A stretch of DNA of 56,132 nucleotides from a virus. Lineage: Duplodnaviria > Caudoviricetes. The stretch is taken from positions 1-56,132 of the IMG/VR virus record IMGVR_UViG_3300013131_000051; one strand, given 5' to 3'. The notes below the pieces were generated by a model. It was not told the DNA's origin. It ran no database searches and was given only the letters and a program-made list of their open reading frames with translations. Every line of letters starts with the position of its first letter. The stretch's first letter is position 1. Positions 9,101-19,417 of the stretch are shown in pieces. The position numbers and the translations under genes were made by a program.

Positions 9101-11725
9101 ACCACAGTTTCATACGCTGATCCTTCGAATCCAACCGCGTCACTGTCGGCAACAATTGTTATAAATACTCCGCAAGTCAGTCAATTACCCGTAAACGGTA
9201 ACCCTGCCGTTGAACAATCATATCTACAATTCAATCCTGATTTAGAATATTTTCAACTTATAACAGGAATAACAATTTCAGAATTTAACAATATAAAAAA
9301 TCCAACAGGACTTTCAGGTTTTTTTCCTGAAACTTATTTATATCATAACATGAATTACAGAAGACCAAACTGTAATCTCACTGGTTTTATTACTGAAACA
9401 ATTGCGGATTATATTACTTACATGAGTGATTACCAAAACTACGAAGTTTGTATCTTTGTTAGAGGTGTGGATCCAAACACACCAAAACAAACTATAAACT
9501 ACGATTTATCTCGTATTTTTGGTTATAACTCTTATAACCAAGTTAATATTCAAGGACAGTATTATTTGAATATACCAATACAAGCACTACCAACTGGAGT
9601 AAAACCACGAGAACACGATACATCAACAAATAATATTAATAATTTATACTTTCCTTCATACACTTTTACTGCCGATTCGGGATCCTACACCGCATTCACA
9701 TCCAACTTACCATATTATTATTTAAGCACGGACGATACACTAAGTAATAACTATTCCCCATTTCCAGGATTTTTCAATACAAATACTAATAGCACTTTAA
9801 ATTTACAGCAAACACTTATCAACTCTCAATCTTTACCGGCAATACCATTTTCTTTTTATACTGTCGGGGGCACATATATGAGATGGAATTCAAACGTAAG
9901 TTTCCCTGTTGAATTATTTACGGATAGTGGTGGTAGTTGCAATCAAAATTGTCAAAAACAACAATATTATAATCATCCAATAAATGGCCCATATTTCATA
10001 GCTCAAGCAGGACTTGTATCTACATATTCACCGGCATACTATACATATTCATTATCAGAAATTAATTTCTCAAACTCTAATAGAATAGTTATGAGAAGTG
10101 ACAGATTACCAACTTCTACCGCAACAGAAAATGGTGCACAAATTAATACAGGATATGCGTTACATCAAAATAATAATTTTGCATTTTATGCTATTGGAGG
10201 AGTACTATCACCACCCACAATTAGTACAGGTTTAGATTTACCGAATGGTGAATCTCAAGATCAAGATGATATCACATCAGGTTTGACTAATACTTTAACT
10301 TGCGAGGGAATGGTTCCTTTGGCTTGTTATAGTGGTTCGGGTAATAATGTTGGTGTGTTACCTGCGGGACAATGCTCAATTCCTGCAAATAGAATGATTA
10401 ATGGATGTTACTGTTTATTGAACAAAAGATATGTTGCACAATACGATGATGATGTCAGATTGTTTTTAGAATGGAAAGTTAGATTTACGATGAATTTTGC
10501 CGCTTGTAGGGGTGTATTCGCACAAGTATTTCAAAACAATTGGATAAACGGAGTTCTATATATGTTTAACTTTAATAAAAGACTCCAATTTAGTATAAAT
10601 CCTTCATCACCAACCTATTCATATTGTAAAGATGTAATAATATTTGATGATATAAATAATAATTTTTATTACAGGTCTTCACCTTGGAATAATACAATCC
10701 AAGAATTTATTGGAAAGGCAAGTCCGACCCCAAATCCCAACATTCCCTCATCTCTAATAAACTATCCCGGATATGGTTATAATAAAAGACAAATACAATT
10801 CCCAACCACATTAGTGGATTTAGGTCCGAGAGATTCTTTTATTAATGAAATTTGTTGTAGAACTGATGGAGCATCATATTATGCTGATCAGTTAAAGCCA
10901 ACATCTTACCAAGATAACGCAGATATAGTCCAATTAGGATTTTTATCTAGAATATTAAATCAAGGAGTCAGACAAAGAATCATACCTATCAGTAATGGTG
11001 GAAACAACTCTGAAGGAAAAGGAATTGTTCAGTTTTTTAACAGTAATCGAGGTGGAGATAGAATTGATGGAGATTGGGCTCAAATGTTGTCAATCAACTC
11101 TGAATGGAAAGTTCTACCCTTTACAACTGAAAATTTACAAGGACCTAATGCAAATTCATATATTTTCTTTGGTGACAACTATTATCCCTCTAACCCACCT
11201 TCTGGTGCGGAAATTAAACCTGTACTTGGTTTGTTTTTTCAAACTCCTGAAGAAAGTTTGAGATATAGACAAATAGAATCCCCAGGAATTGAAACATACT
11301 CAATTAATCCTTTAATTCAAAACTACTTTGGTTATCCTAAATCACAACAAGTTCCCCACTATAAATGGAGTTTGAAAAAAAGTAATCCTAATCAGAATAT
11401 TTTCGGAACAGAAGATAATAATTGGTATACTGATATCATAGGACAAGGTTTTTTTAAGAAAAATTATCAAGATTTAGATTTCACAACACCGGGAGAAAAA
11501 TATAAAACAAGTACAACTTATTTGGGTTATATTGCAAACTATACTTTGGCTGGAGTTCCAGAACCATTAATTCCACCAACTGTTGTAAATTTTGGACAAC
11601 CTTTAGGAACACCTAATCAGGCGGTTGTGGTTGGTGCACCATATCACTTCTATTTTGGATTAAATAATGGTAAAACGGCAATCAATAGATTCTATAAACT
11701 TTACGTACCAGTAGAAGAACAATGA
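6161..11725 (+). CDS. Very large (1854 aa) baseplate/tail-associated protein with internal hydrophobic segment
   Basis: Long ORF in the baseplate operon. N-terminal beta-sandwich-like region (GVVVGRVF...NAKISVF...TNESGDFMIFGVP) and a ~105 aa hydrophobic stretch. Confidence 0.6.
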   Translation: MPKSYRIRTEVGSDKYINVNLEQDWESLEVLSLKLLANDVYTRMCADYGVVVGRVFVNNGFGLPNAKISVFIPLEDADELNPSITDIYPYKTITDTNAEGYRYNLLPKLPSYRGHQSTGSFPNISDVLMSDTYIEVYDKYYRFTVKTNESGDFMIFGVPIGVQKIVMDIDLSDIGCFSLHPQDLVQQGLATESQVDGAKYKTSTNLRELPQIKNLIFDVDVVPFWGDQDLCQVAITRADFDLTKLANINIQPTAIFMGSIVSTTDDDALKVSCKPKNNTGNLCELVSGPGIIQSIRQTIDSDDQGLPILEQYQIGEGGEVIDSDGTFLVNIPMNLDYVFTNEFGQQIISNDPSKGIPTKGKYRFRFRWQNQQGLQGSFLRANFLVPNIKEYGWSNYTQDPFTNSSTSTYSYTLPIGVVTGATTTINFNQGLADPTAVNVTSYVIYINGVPYTGTLNAIALNVGDTLQIIANPTDPSQPQIINFKQYPQSLFDVYRSYAFSTDWDDYVNVQEAIDCEDTFYEFQYNRIYTTAMFLDRYKNGFGRAKHLGIKEIDNRTCKSTVNTFPVNDIIRNFDFIFFIFNILINILTFPILVLLFVAHLIALLWPILKYVLLFLGPFIVAMGVKAGVDLAYYILSLTDVNLGGPVISVATILQIIGQSLYVLATVAAGIAFTIFYTKFFINNTKNGRIDNFPRIGLPMIAYPDCTSCECQCGNASLDDDFDENTIQQEVQDAQNGLSGSGSGGFDLTVTQPNSLIAPLNSPQSYVISHPNFENDANGNDPYDCGGLNPLFESFTTLITNDDISQDVVVRAVLDFQRMFSGYDVLSSTDPNKYISNEKYLLKSPQPFLFSARKVGGNNLSDRRFFAYPTAITLAQILNEFNTRDKYFYNGTSNVVNSGVNKIKTLVNPTSGSTPFEDQVVVILMNAGSASQIGSGNLLTFQNPLSTNSGPISRTINLTGATLNQFQNNAITGVTTTGITSTTVSYADPSNPTASLSATIVINTPQVSQLPVNGNPAVEQSYLQFNPDLEYFQLITGITISEFNNIKNPTGLSGFFPETYLYHNMNYRRPNCNLTGFITETIADYITYMSDYQNYEVCIFVRGVDPNTPKQTINYDLSRIFGYNSYNQVNIQGQYYLNIPIQALPTGVKPREHDTSTNNINNLYFPSYTFTADSGSYTAFTSNLPYYYLSTDDTLSNNYSPFPGFFNTNTNSTLNLQQTLINSQSLPAIPFSFYTVGGTYMRWNSNVSFPVELFTDSGGSCNQNCQKQQYYNHPINGPYFIAQAGLVSTYSPAYYTYSLSEINFSNSNRIVMRSDRLPTSTATENGAQINTGYALHQNNNFAFYAIGGVLSPPTISTGLDLPNGESQDQDDITSGLTNTLTCEGMVPLACYSGSGNNVGVLPAGQCSIPANRMINGCYCLLNKRYVAQYDDDVRLFLEWKVRFTMNFAACRGVFAQVFQNNWINGVLYMFNFNKRLQFSINPSSPTYSYCKDVIIFDDINNNFYYRSSPWNNTIQEFIGKASPTPNPNIPSSLINYPGYGYNKRQIQFPTTLVDLGPRDSFINEICCRTDGASYYADQLKPTSYQDNADIVQLGFLSRILNQGVRQRIIPISNGGNNSEGKGIVQFFNSNRGGDRIDGDWAQMLSINSEWKVLPFTTENLQGPNANSYIFFGDNYYPSNPPSGAEIKPVLGLFFQTPEESLRYRQIESPGIETYSINPLIQNYFGYPKSQQVPHYKWSLKKSNPNQNIFGTEDNNWYTDIIGQGFFKKNYQDLDFTTPGEKYKTSTTYLGYIANYTLAGVPEPLIPPTVVNFGQPLGTPNQAVVVGAPYHFYFGLNNGKTAINRFYKLYVPVEEQ

Positions 11726-13533
11726 TGACTGTAGACCCTTCAACCAAAATAATTCTTTCAACGCAAAGATTCAAATCCGCACCTAAACAAGATCAATTTT
11801 TGAACGTGCCTTTTGCTCAAAGTTTTAGAAATCTAATCGAATATGATAGGAGTGTAGATGTTAATTTAGCAACAGTATTTGATGAAGAACGACAAGCGTC
11901 AACAGTCTTTAGACCTGTTTCAAAATATACAATTTTATTTGAAAATAGTTTGAGTGGAGCCACAAAATATATACCTTTCAGAAATAATTTATACTACACA
12001 AACGAGGTTGAAAATGCCGCACAGTATTACCCATCGGGTAATGCCAACATTAATGGATTAATTCCAAACCCACCGATAAACCCTTTAGTTCTTTGGAGTG
12101 GATTTCCACAATATTTTGAATTCGATTTTATCAGAACAGACAACAATGTTGTAGGATACACTCAACCACCTAATAATCATTTAAACTTCAAAAACGTTAG
12201 CGCTTCAACTTATAATTGGAGTCATTATGTTAGTTACGCATTCAATAATGATTATAACAAACAATTGTTTGCTTCTGAACCAAGAAAACAAATTACTTGG
12301 AATTGGACGGCATCTGATGGGATTCCATTCTATGTAATTGTTGGAAATAATAACAATACTAATGAAATATCATTCAAATGTCCCGTTAGACATGGGTTGG
12401 AGGTTGGTGAATATGTTTATTTAACAATCAATTATAATGGAATTCAAATATTTCAAGTGGCAAGTTTGGGAAATTCGGGAACAGGTTCAGACCAATTTAT
12501 ATTTAATATAAAAAATATTGGATATACTGGAACAACTTTTAACAGTAATCAACAAGGAACTTTCAGAAGAATTATTAATGCTGTTAATTCTGCAGACACA
12601 ATAAGTAAGTATTATGTTAGAAGACATAGAATTCTTACAAATCCTGAATGCGCAATAGTTGCAAATGCAGGGTTTGAAAGAAACATATATGGTGACAAAG
12701 TAAAATGTGAGGTCGACGCTTTAACACCAGATAATCGAAACAGGACCTCAACAAAAGAAGGAAGTAGAACATACACCCTTTCCTTCAATTGTGATGTTAA
12801 CATACAAGGATTAAGTGACAATCAAGGGAGACCTTTATCTGAATTATTTTTTACTACAATTTGGAGAGGGTATTTTGGGTGGACTAGAAATTTGAAACAA
12901 GGTTGGTATTTTAACACTTTTTTAGAAAACAACAAACCCCAAATTTGGTGGGATGACAATAATATAAACTCGAACCCTTTCATAGGACAAAATAGTTATG
13001 TTTCGCTAATTGGGTCAGGTCCATTTTTTTATAACAATTTTTTACAATCAGGAGACACAATAGATGGAGATTTTTGTGAATGGAATGACTATAATCAATT
13101 TGAAAGGGTTATTTCGGAATATCAACACAAAATAAAATATAATACAAATTGGTTTACCTTATTTACTGATTTCACGCCGACCAATCAACCTGGTTATTTT
13201 TATCAACCACATAGTGTAATTCAAATTGCGGCTTTTTCAGATTATGTCGAAGAAGGAAATGCATTGAACGTTGTTGGAATACCTGATTATTCTTATTACT
13301 CAACGTTAGCGGCACTTTTTAGGTGGAGAGATAAATATCCGTATGGGTACATTGATACTGATGGTATTGGGGTAGATTATCCTTTTTTAAATGATGCACA
13401 TTATCCATACAAAAATACAATATTCAGAATTACGCCAGAATTATTTAATATCCCTAATGATTACGCAACTACAGGTTCAATACCGTTAAACATTACAACA
13501 ATAGCAGATCCTTTATCCGATGAATGCGAATAG
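11722..13533 (+). CDS. Putative virion structural (baseplate/tail) protein
   Basis: 603 aa, overlaps both neighbours in the structural operon, rich in N/Y/F. Confidence 0.55.
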   Translation: MMTVDPSTKIILSTQRFKSAPKQDQFLNVPFAQSFRNLIEYDRSVDVNLATVFDEERQASTVFRPVSKYTILFENSLSGATKYIPFRNNLYYTNEVENAAQYYPSGNANINGLIPNPPINPLVLWSGFPQYFEFDFIRTDNNVVGYTQPPNNHLNFKNVSASTYNWSHYVSYAFNNDYNKQLFASEPRKQITWNWTASDGIPFYVIVGNNNNTNEISFKCPVRHGLEVGEYVYLTINYNGIQIFQVASLGNSGTGSDQFIFNIKNIGYTGTTFNSNQQGTFRRIINAVNSADTISKYYVRRHRILTNPECAIVANAGFERNIYGDKVKCEVDALTPDNRNRTSTKEGSRTYTLSFNCDVNIQGLSDNQGRPLSELFFTTIWRGYFGWTRNLKQGWYFNTFLENNKPQIWWDDNNINSNPFIGQNSYVSLIGSGPFFYNNFLQSGDTIDGDFCEWNDYNQFERVISEYQHKIKYNTNWFTLFTDFTPTNQPGYFYQPHSVIQIAAFSDYVEEGNALNVVGIPDYSYYSTLAALFRWRDKYPYGYIDTDGIGVDYPFLNDAHYPYKNTIFRITPELFNIPNDYATTGSIPLNITTIADPLSDECE

Positions 13534-14323
13534 AATTAAAATAGTAAAAAGTAGTATCGATGGTTATGTCAACGTTCCAATCAATATGCAGTGGGATTTC
13601 ACAGGTAAAGATCAGGCGATTGATGAATATGAAGTTGAAGTTATTGATCAAGTCATTGGACCTGCCGCAGATTTTGAAATTGCAAGATTTTCACAAAATA
13701 TATTTCCAAACCAAAACACCTCGATACAATATGATTTTTATTTTTATGATTATTCACAACCTATAACCGCAAATACAGTTGGTAATTGGTCGATTTCATA
13801 TCTCAATAATGGATTTAGTGTTAGTGAAATTTATTATTATTCTAAACCATTTACAAAATCTTTTTTTAAGTTGGATTTTTATGATAGTGTAGATGAAAAA
13901 CAACAACAAATTTACTTATCAGTAATTCTTCCAGTTCAACAAGGAACTACACAAGTTGCAACATTATCAAATTTAGTTCCTCAAGTCGATATTAAAAAAC
14001 CTCAGATGATTTTGGACTTTATTGGTGATAAAGAAGGTTTTTTTATCTATTGGTTGAGAAGTAAAAATTTTATAGATATAGATGAATTTTTTGTAACCGC
14101 AAAATTTTTTGATGCAAGAATAGGAACATTCAAACAAATGACTAATACCAAACAAGATTTAATATTACCAAACAAGTTTACTTTCAATAATTCTGATTAT
14201 TTCTATTATAGGTATAAGTTGAATTACTCAACTAAAACATATGAAGTGTTCTCCACCTCAACAAATTTGCGAGTTGGAGATTCAGTAACACCGATAAAGT
14301 GGTATGAATACGTTAACCCATAA
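13520..14323 (+). CDS. Putative virion structural protein
   Basis: 267 aa, translationally coupled within the structural operon. Confidence 0.5.
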   Translation: MNANRIKIVKSSIDGYVNVPINMQWDFTGKDQAIDEYEVEVIDQVIGPAADFEIARFSQNIFPNQNTSIQYDFYFYDYSQPITANTVGNWSISYLNNGFSVSEIYYYSKPFTKSFFKLDFYDSVDEKQQQIYLSVILPVQQGTTQVATLSNLVPQVDIKKPQMILDFIGDKEGFFIYWLRSKNFIDIDEFFVTAKFFDARIGTFKQMTNTKQDLILPNKFTFNNSDYFYYRYKLNYSTKTYEVFSTSTNLRVGDSVTPIKWYEYVNP

Positions 14324-15498
14324 TGGAACTTCAACAATATAATTTTATAGTATCTCCCGAAAACATTAAAAGTGATTTAGTGTACGTAACGTATACAGGC
14401 GAAACCGATATCACAACAATTATAGATCCATGTTGTTTAACCGCAACAACAATCAGTGCGACTACAACAGGAACAACGGGAGTTTATCTTCCAATGGAGT
14501 ATATATTATCAGGAAACACTGGAGGAACCTCATTTCTAACTGGTTTGAGTGTTAATATAATGTTTACCGAATCTACTGTCGATTTGGGTTATTATACCCC
14601 AACAGACGGAATGATTCTACAACTCGACGTGTTGAACAATTTTATTGTTACTGCAACCACATTAAACCCTTATACTTATACATTCTATAACACTTCTGAC
14701 TTGGAGTTGATAAAATTTTTACAATTAGTTACTTACACAATAAATTGGGGTGACGGTTCCCCAACACAATTAGTTTTGGGCATTACTCCAATTACACATA
14801 CTTATCCTCTTAGTCAAACAAGTTACACAATAACTTTGACGGCAAACTCGCCTTGGGGCATTTCCAAAGTTCAAAAAAAAATCAATATTCCTTTCACAAA
14901 TGTAACAATCTCAAACCCTAATGGTACAATAACATTTTATCCTGCGGGAGGTAGTTGGGCAAACACTCCGTTAAGTTACGATTATATTTTCACAGGAGAT
15001 TCGAATACAAATATTAATGATTATTATTCATATAACTACACAACAGTTCCATTCCAAATCACAGGTTTAACTGTATCGACTGTAAATGATTTATCACAAT
15101 TTGGACCAAAATCAAATTTGTATGATGGCAAATTTAAGTTAGGGTTACAAGTAACTGGAACAACAGGTGCAATAGGAACGTTTTGGGGACCAAATCAATC
15201 TAATACTTATACTGCCTATACGATTAATGGAATAACATACTTAGATTATGAAGATTTTACAATATATGTAACAGATTCATATGGGTTGGCGCCTGGTGAC
15301 ATCGTGTTGAGTGCTCTAACAAAAAATGAGGCTTTAATTAATGTTATTGATCAACCCGAAATTATAACTAATGTCTTTGTAGAAAGGGGTAAATACACCC
15401 CACTCGAAAATATACAAAGAATTGGTGAAGTTGATAATGTAGGTGATTTGGAAAAATATGGATACAAATACTTTAACATCGAAAAAATATCAACATAA
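14323..15498 (+). CDS. Putative structural protein with PKD/Ig-like domain
   Basis: PKD-like signature YTINWGDGS...THTY...YTITLTA. Confidence 0.6.
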   Translation: MELQQYNFIVSPENIKSDLVYVTYTGETDITTIIDPCCLTATTISATTTGTTGVYLPMEYILSGNTGGTSFLTGLSVNIMFTESTVDLGYYTPTDGMILQLDVLNNFIVTATTLNPYTYTFYNTSDLELIKFLQLVTYTINWGDGSPTQLVLGITPITHTYPLSQTSYTITLTANSPWGISKVQKKINIPFTNVTISNPNGTITFYPAGGSWANTPLSYDYIFTGDSNTNINDYYSYNYTTVPFQITGLTVSTVNDLSQFGPKSNLYDGKFKLGLQVTGTTGAIGTFWGPNQSNTYTAYTINGITYLDYEDFTIYVTDSYGLAPGDIVLSALTKNEALINVIDQPEIITNVFVERGKYTPLENIQRIGEVDNVGDLEKYGYKYFNIEKIST

Positions 15499-15524
15499 AT
15501 ATTTATTAAAAAAAAGAAAAAAAA

Positions 15525-16430
15525 ATGGCAACAGGTAATTATGGGACAATAAGACCGGCAGACGTGAGCCCCGAGGACGTAGAAATTGTCATGGTCTATA
15601 CACCATCAAGAGATGACACGGAAAACTTTATTTTAACCACTTTAAACGCACAAGATGTTTTAAGACCCTACTTTAACAACAACGAGACTGGTGGAAATAC
15701 TGTGGAAGTTTTAGGGGGATTATACAGTTTAAAATTACCCGCAGATCAATTCACTAGTTTAGGAATTTATACACTTATGATAAGACCAGCACAAATCAGA
15801 ACAACAATAACTGATTGTGGAGTTTTGTCTGCATTACCTAATGTTAAAGGAATTGTAATTGATCTTAATAATGTTCCTGTTGAATACAGAAATAAATTTA
15901 TAAATCAAGGTCTTGTTGGATTTAGAGTTGAGTATCTGAATTCAGACGGGACTAAAATTCCAAATTTTTTCAGAATAATAACTTCATCTTTTTACTGCGA
16001 ACCGGTTATTCAAAACTTGACCAACACAATTCAAAAATCAATTAGATATAGATATGTGGAGGGTGCAACAAATTTGATGTTTTGTACTTTATCACCATCA
16101 TCTTCCCCTACTAACAAACCAAGCGCAACTCCATTCATTGGACAACCTAATCAAAATATTATTATAACAAACACATATTTTAATCCAATTTCAACAGAAA
16201 TTGAAATTGTGGACCAAGACATTTCAACCCTTGCAATTGCCTTATATGGAAACCAAACTAAGTCAATTGAAGACGGTATCTATACAATTTACGATGCTGA
16301 TAATAATATTTATCAACAGTATAACTTATATGAAATCAAAGACCAATTCAACTCTCTACTCTATGAGGTAAGAGAAAACCGAGGCGACAATATTGATTTC
16401 TCTAAGGCATTTAATAATATCACACCTTAA
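15525..16430 (+). CDS. Putative baseplate structural protein
   Basis: 301 aa, preceded by TATTTAT and coupled to the next gene. Confidence 0.5.
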   Translation: MATGNYGTIRPADVSPEDVEIVMVYTPSRDDTENFILTTLNAQDVLRPYFNNNETGGNTVEVLGGLYSLKLPADQFTSLGIYTLMIRPAQIRTTITDCGVLSALPNVKGIVIDLNNVPVEYRNKFINQGLVGFRVEYLNSDGTKIPNFFRIITSSFYCEPVIQNLTNTIQKSIRYRYVEGATNLMFCTLSPSSSPTNKPSATPFIGQPNQNIIITNTYFNPISTEIEIVDQDISTLAIALYGNQTKSIEDGIYTIYDADNNIYQQYNLYEIKDQFNSLLYEVRENRGDNIDFSKAFNNITP

Positions 16431-19417
16431 TGGCGGTTAATAAATTTACTTGTCCCCCTCAGAGTAGTGCCGCCAATCAATTTTCAAATAATTTGGTTGG
16501 AGTTCAGTTAGTAACTGGAGGAGGTTTAACGCAAGCGAATTTTAACTTCACCACAAATATTTCTGAAAAACAAACCAGAAAATTTAATATTGGAACTTTT
16601 TCGGATCCTATAAATTTACAAGGTATTAATATTGAAAACAATGTTGAGGCCGCTGAAATATTGGCAAACAACTACAGAGTATATCCTAACTACGATTTAT
16701 CTCAAGTTACTAATTTTACACAGTATGGATCTTTGGTTAAAAGATTTTCAGTATCAATAACCAAAATAATAAATTTTTTTCCCGCAGGATTAGAAGTTTC
16801 TCCAACTACTAACAAATTTATTACACAAGAGACCGCTTTTAATGTAACTTATGACTCAGTTGAAAATGATACAACTTTAGAAATATTAATAACATCGATA
16901 AGAAACCCATTTGATATAGATTACACAGTTAACGCAGAAACCAATATGTTGTTCAATGAAATGGAAATTTCTATTCTAAGAAACATGAAGTTGGAATATA
17001 AAAAATATGTATTAGTGGTTAATGGAAATGAATATCCAATAAATTATTTATACCCAACAACAACTAATTCTACGTCTTTGAAAATAATAGTTGATGGTAA
17101 TCCATTTAATGGAGACAGTATTTCATACGACTATTTGGTTATTCGACCAAATAGTTTTGAAGTTAACAGAGTCTTCAACCTAAAGTTTGACCCAGTAGAA
17201 AACTTTTTACTGAATAGAAATATAACACCGGCATATACCGCAACCTTTACGGTTCCAAGAGAACAAGAAGACGGAACTTTTACTATAACCACCGAACTTG
17301 CAACATTTCCAAAAAGTGGATTGTGGAATTTAGATATTGAATCCCAAGTTTTTGATAATTATCTTACCAAAATTAATGATTTTGCAATTAATTTGGATAC
17401 GTATAATACAAATATTATATCAAGATTTTTAACAACCGGAGCCTTAAAAGAATTCGACACTCCTGATCGTAAATTTGAAAAATTGTTACAAATTTATGGT
17501 AGAAGTTTTGATCAAACAAAGTCCTTCATTTCTGCTTTGGGGAATATTAATAGTGTTCATTATACTGTCAAAAATGACATACCATCACAACTTCTTAAAA
17601 ATTTGGCCCAAACATTAGGATGGGTTACAAACTTTTCACCAATTTCAAACGAAGAATTATTACAAGCGGTTTTTACAACACAACCAAACACATTTCCTGG
17701 ATTACAAATAGGACCAACACCTGAAGAAATAAACTATCAATTTTATAGAAATTTAATTATAAATTCGGCGTGGTTATTTAAGTCTAAAGGTACTCGTAAA
17801 TCGATAGAATGTTTGCTTAGAATGGTGGGGGCTCCCGAAGCACTGATAGATTTCAACGAATACATTTATGTTGCCGACCAAAGAATCAACATGTCTGAAT
17901 TCCAAAAACAGTTTTTCAGTTTATCTGGAGGGACATATACTGAACAATTCCCTGTACTTGAAACAAACAACACATTTTCTATACAAGGAATCCAATATAC
18001 TGGTTTTACAACAACACTAGCAAACCAAACAGTTTTAACAACAAGAGAAGATTATCCTGTTGATGATTTTGGATGTCCGAAGATGCCAACCCCAACAGAA
18101 TCGTATTTTTTCCAAATAGGTGGAGGTTGGTTCGAATCAACACCGGATCATAGAATGCCTGAGTTTGCACCACCAACAAATGAAATATTTATAGGTAACA
18201 ACCCCAATTTTCAAACAGAACTATTACCCTTTAATTACGGTGAAGAATATCTTCAATTGTATCGAAATTTTCCATACATGAATTTGGGATATAAACTAAG
18301 AAGAATCAGTGACAACAAAAAAAGTTGGGTAGATACAAACCCAACACTAAGACTTGCATCAGATGGTGGATTTACGGCTTATTATTCTGTTGGTGAAGAA
18401 TGTTTAACATTAAACGTTAAAAATGTGGACATTATGATGAATCCCGCACAAGGGTTAGTCTATGATGTTTGGACAATGTCTCGACAATATAATTACCCAA
18501 TCCCCGAACAAGGTCTTTTCTATACACCAGATACGCCTTGTAACGTACCAAATCCCTACCCACGATACGGAGGTATAGATTGGACAACGATTATTCCAAA
18601 ACCAAAACAAAAAACTTTTTTTGAATTTGCCCAAACTTTTTGGAGAAACATGGTGAACACTAGAAATAGACAATATATAACGGACGGCAAAACAGGAGGG
18701 TATCCAACACTCCAATCTATATATTGGAAATATTTAGAATCACAAACACAAGCTGGAATTACTAACGATAATTTTACCTATCAAACTATGATTGATTATA
18801 TCAATGGTATGGGAAGTTATTGGATCAGAATGGTTGAACAAATGGTTCCTGCAACAACTATTTGGAATACAGGTGTAAAATTGGAAAATTCTATTTTTCA
18901 TAGACAAAAGTTTGTATGGAGAAGACAAGAAGGGTGCAAAATTGTTCCCGTACCATGTAAACCATGTTCACTATCTACTCAAGTTTTTGTTTACGATTGC
19001 CCAGTTCAACAAGTTATATGTGGATTATATCCTTGGAATGATAACCCAATCATTACCTCGATGGGGTCTGTGTTAAATTCTACTTTAGATAGTTTTTACT
19101 CTAATAATTCTTTGGATCCGGCAACATGTTTACCGAATACTGTAGTTTCTACATGGTACGCGGATTTGAGATTAAATGGCGTTGTACTTACAAATTATGA
19201 ATTTTTTATTGGAGTTGGACCTTTCAATCTTCCGACTAATCAAGATTGGGTTAATGGATTAACTGAAGCGTTAAATAATTTACAACTTTCGGGGTACAGT
19301 TATAATATTGATGAAGATGATGAAACTGTGACCGTTTTCAATAATAATTGTATACCAAACTTTAATCAGTTTGAAATAAACATCGGACTATCGTTCGAAA
19401 TCTATTGTAATCAATAA
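16430..19417 (+). CDS. Baseplate wedge protein, gp7/P2 gpI-like
   Basis: LLKNLAQTLGW...LFKSKGTRKSIECLLRMVG resembles the KGT motif of gpI/gp7-type wedge proteins. Confidence 0.55.
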   Translation: MAVNKFTCPPQSSAANQFSNNLVGVQLVTGGGLTQANFNFTTNISEKQTRKFNIGTFSDPINLQGINIENNVEAAEILANNYRVYPNYDLSQVTNFTQYGSLVKRFSVSITKIINFFPAGLEVSPTTNKFITQETAFNVTYDSVENDTTLEILITSIRNPFDIDYTVNAETNMLFNEMEISILRNMKLEYKKYVLVVNGNEYPINYLYPTTTNSTSLKIIVDGNPFNGDSISYDYLVIRPNSFEVNRVFNLKFDPVENFLLNRNITPAYTATFTVPREQEDGTFTITTELATFPKSGLWNLDIESQVFDNYLTKINDFAINLDTYNTNIISRFLTTGALKEFDTPDRKFEKLLQIYGRSFDQTKSFISALGNINSVHYTVKNDIPSQLLKNLAQTLGWVTNFSPISNEELLQAVFTTQPNTFPGLQIGPTPEEINYQFYRNLIINSAWLFKSKGTRKSIECLLRMVGAPEALIDFNEYIYVADQRINMSEFQKQFFSLSGGTYTEQFPVLETNNTFSIQGIQYTGFTTTLANQTVLTTREDYPVDDFGCPKMPTPTESYFFQIGGGWFESTPDHRMPEFAPPTNEIFIGNNPNFQTELLPFNYGEEYLQLYRNFPYMNLGYKLRRISDNKKSWVDTNPTLRLASDGGFTAYYSVGEECLTLNVKNVDIMMNPAQGLVYDVWTMSRQYNYPIPEQGLFYTPDTPCNVPNPYPRYGGIDWTTIIPKPKQKTFFEFAQTFWRNMVNTRNRQYITDGKTGGYPTLQSIYWKYLESQTQAGITNDNFTYQTMIDYINGMGSYWIRMVEQMVPATTIWNTGVKLENSIFHRQKFVWRRQEGCKIVPVPCKPCSLSTQVFVYDCPVQQVICGLYPWNDNPIITSMGSVLNSTLDSFYSNNSLDPATCLPNTVVSTWYADLRLNGVVLTNYEFFIGVGPFNLPTNQDWVNGLTEALNNLQLSGYSYNIDEDDETVTVFNNNCIPNFNQFEINIGLSFEIYCNQ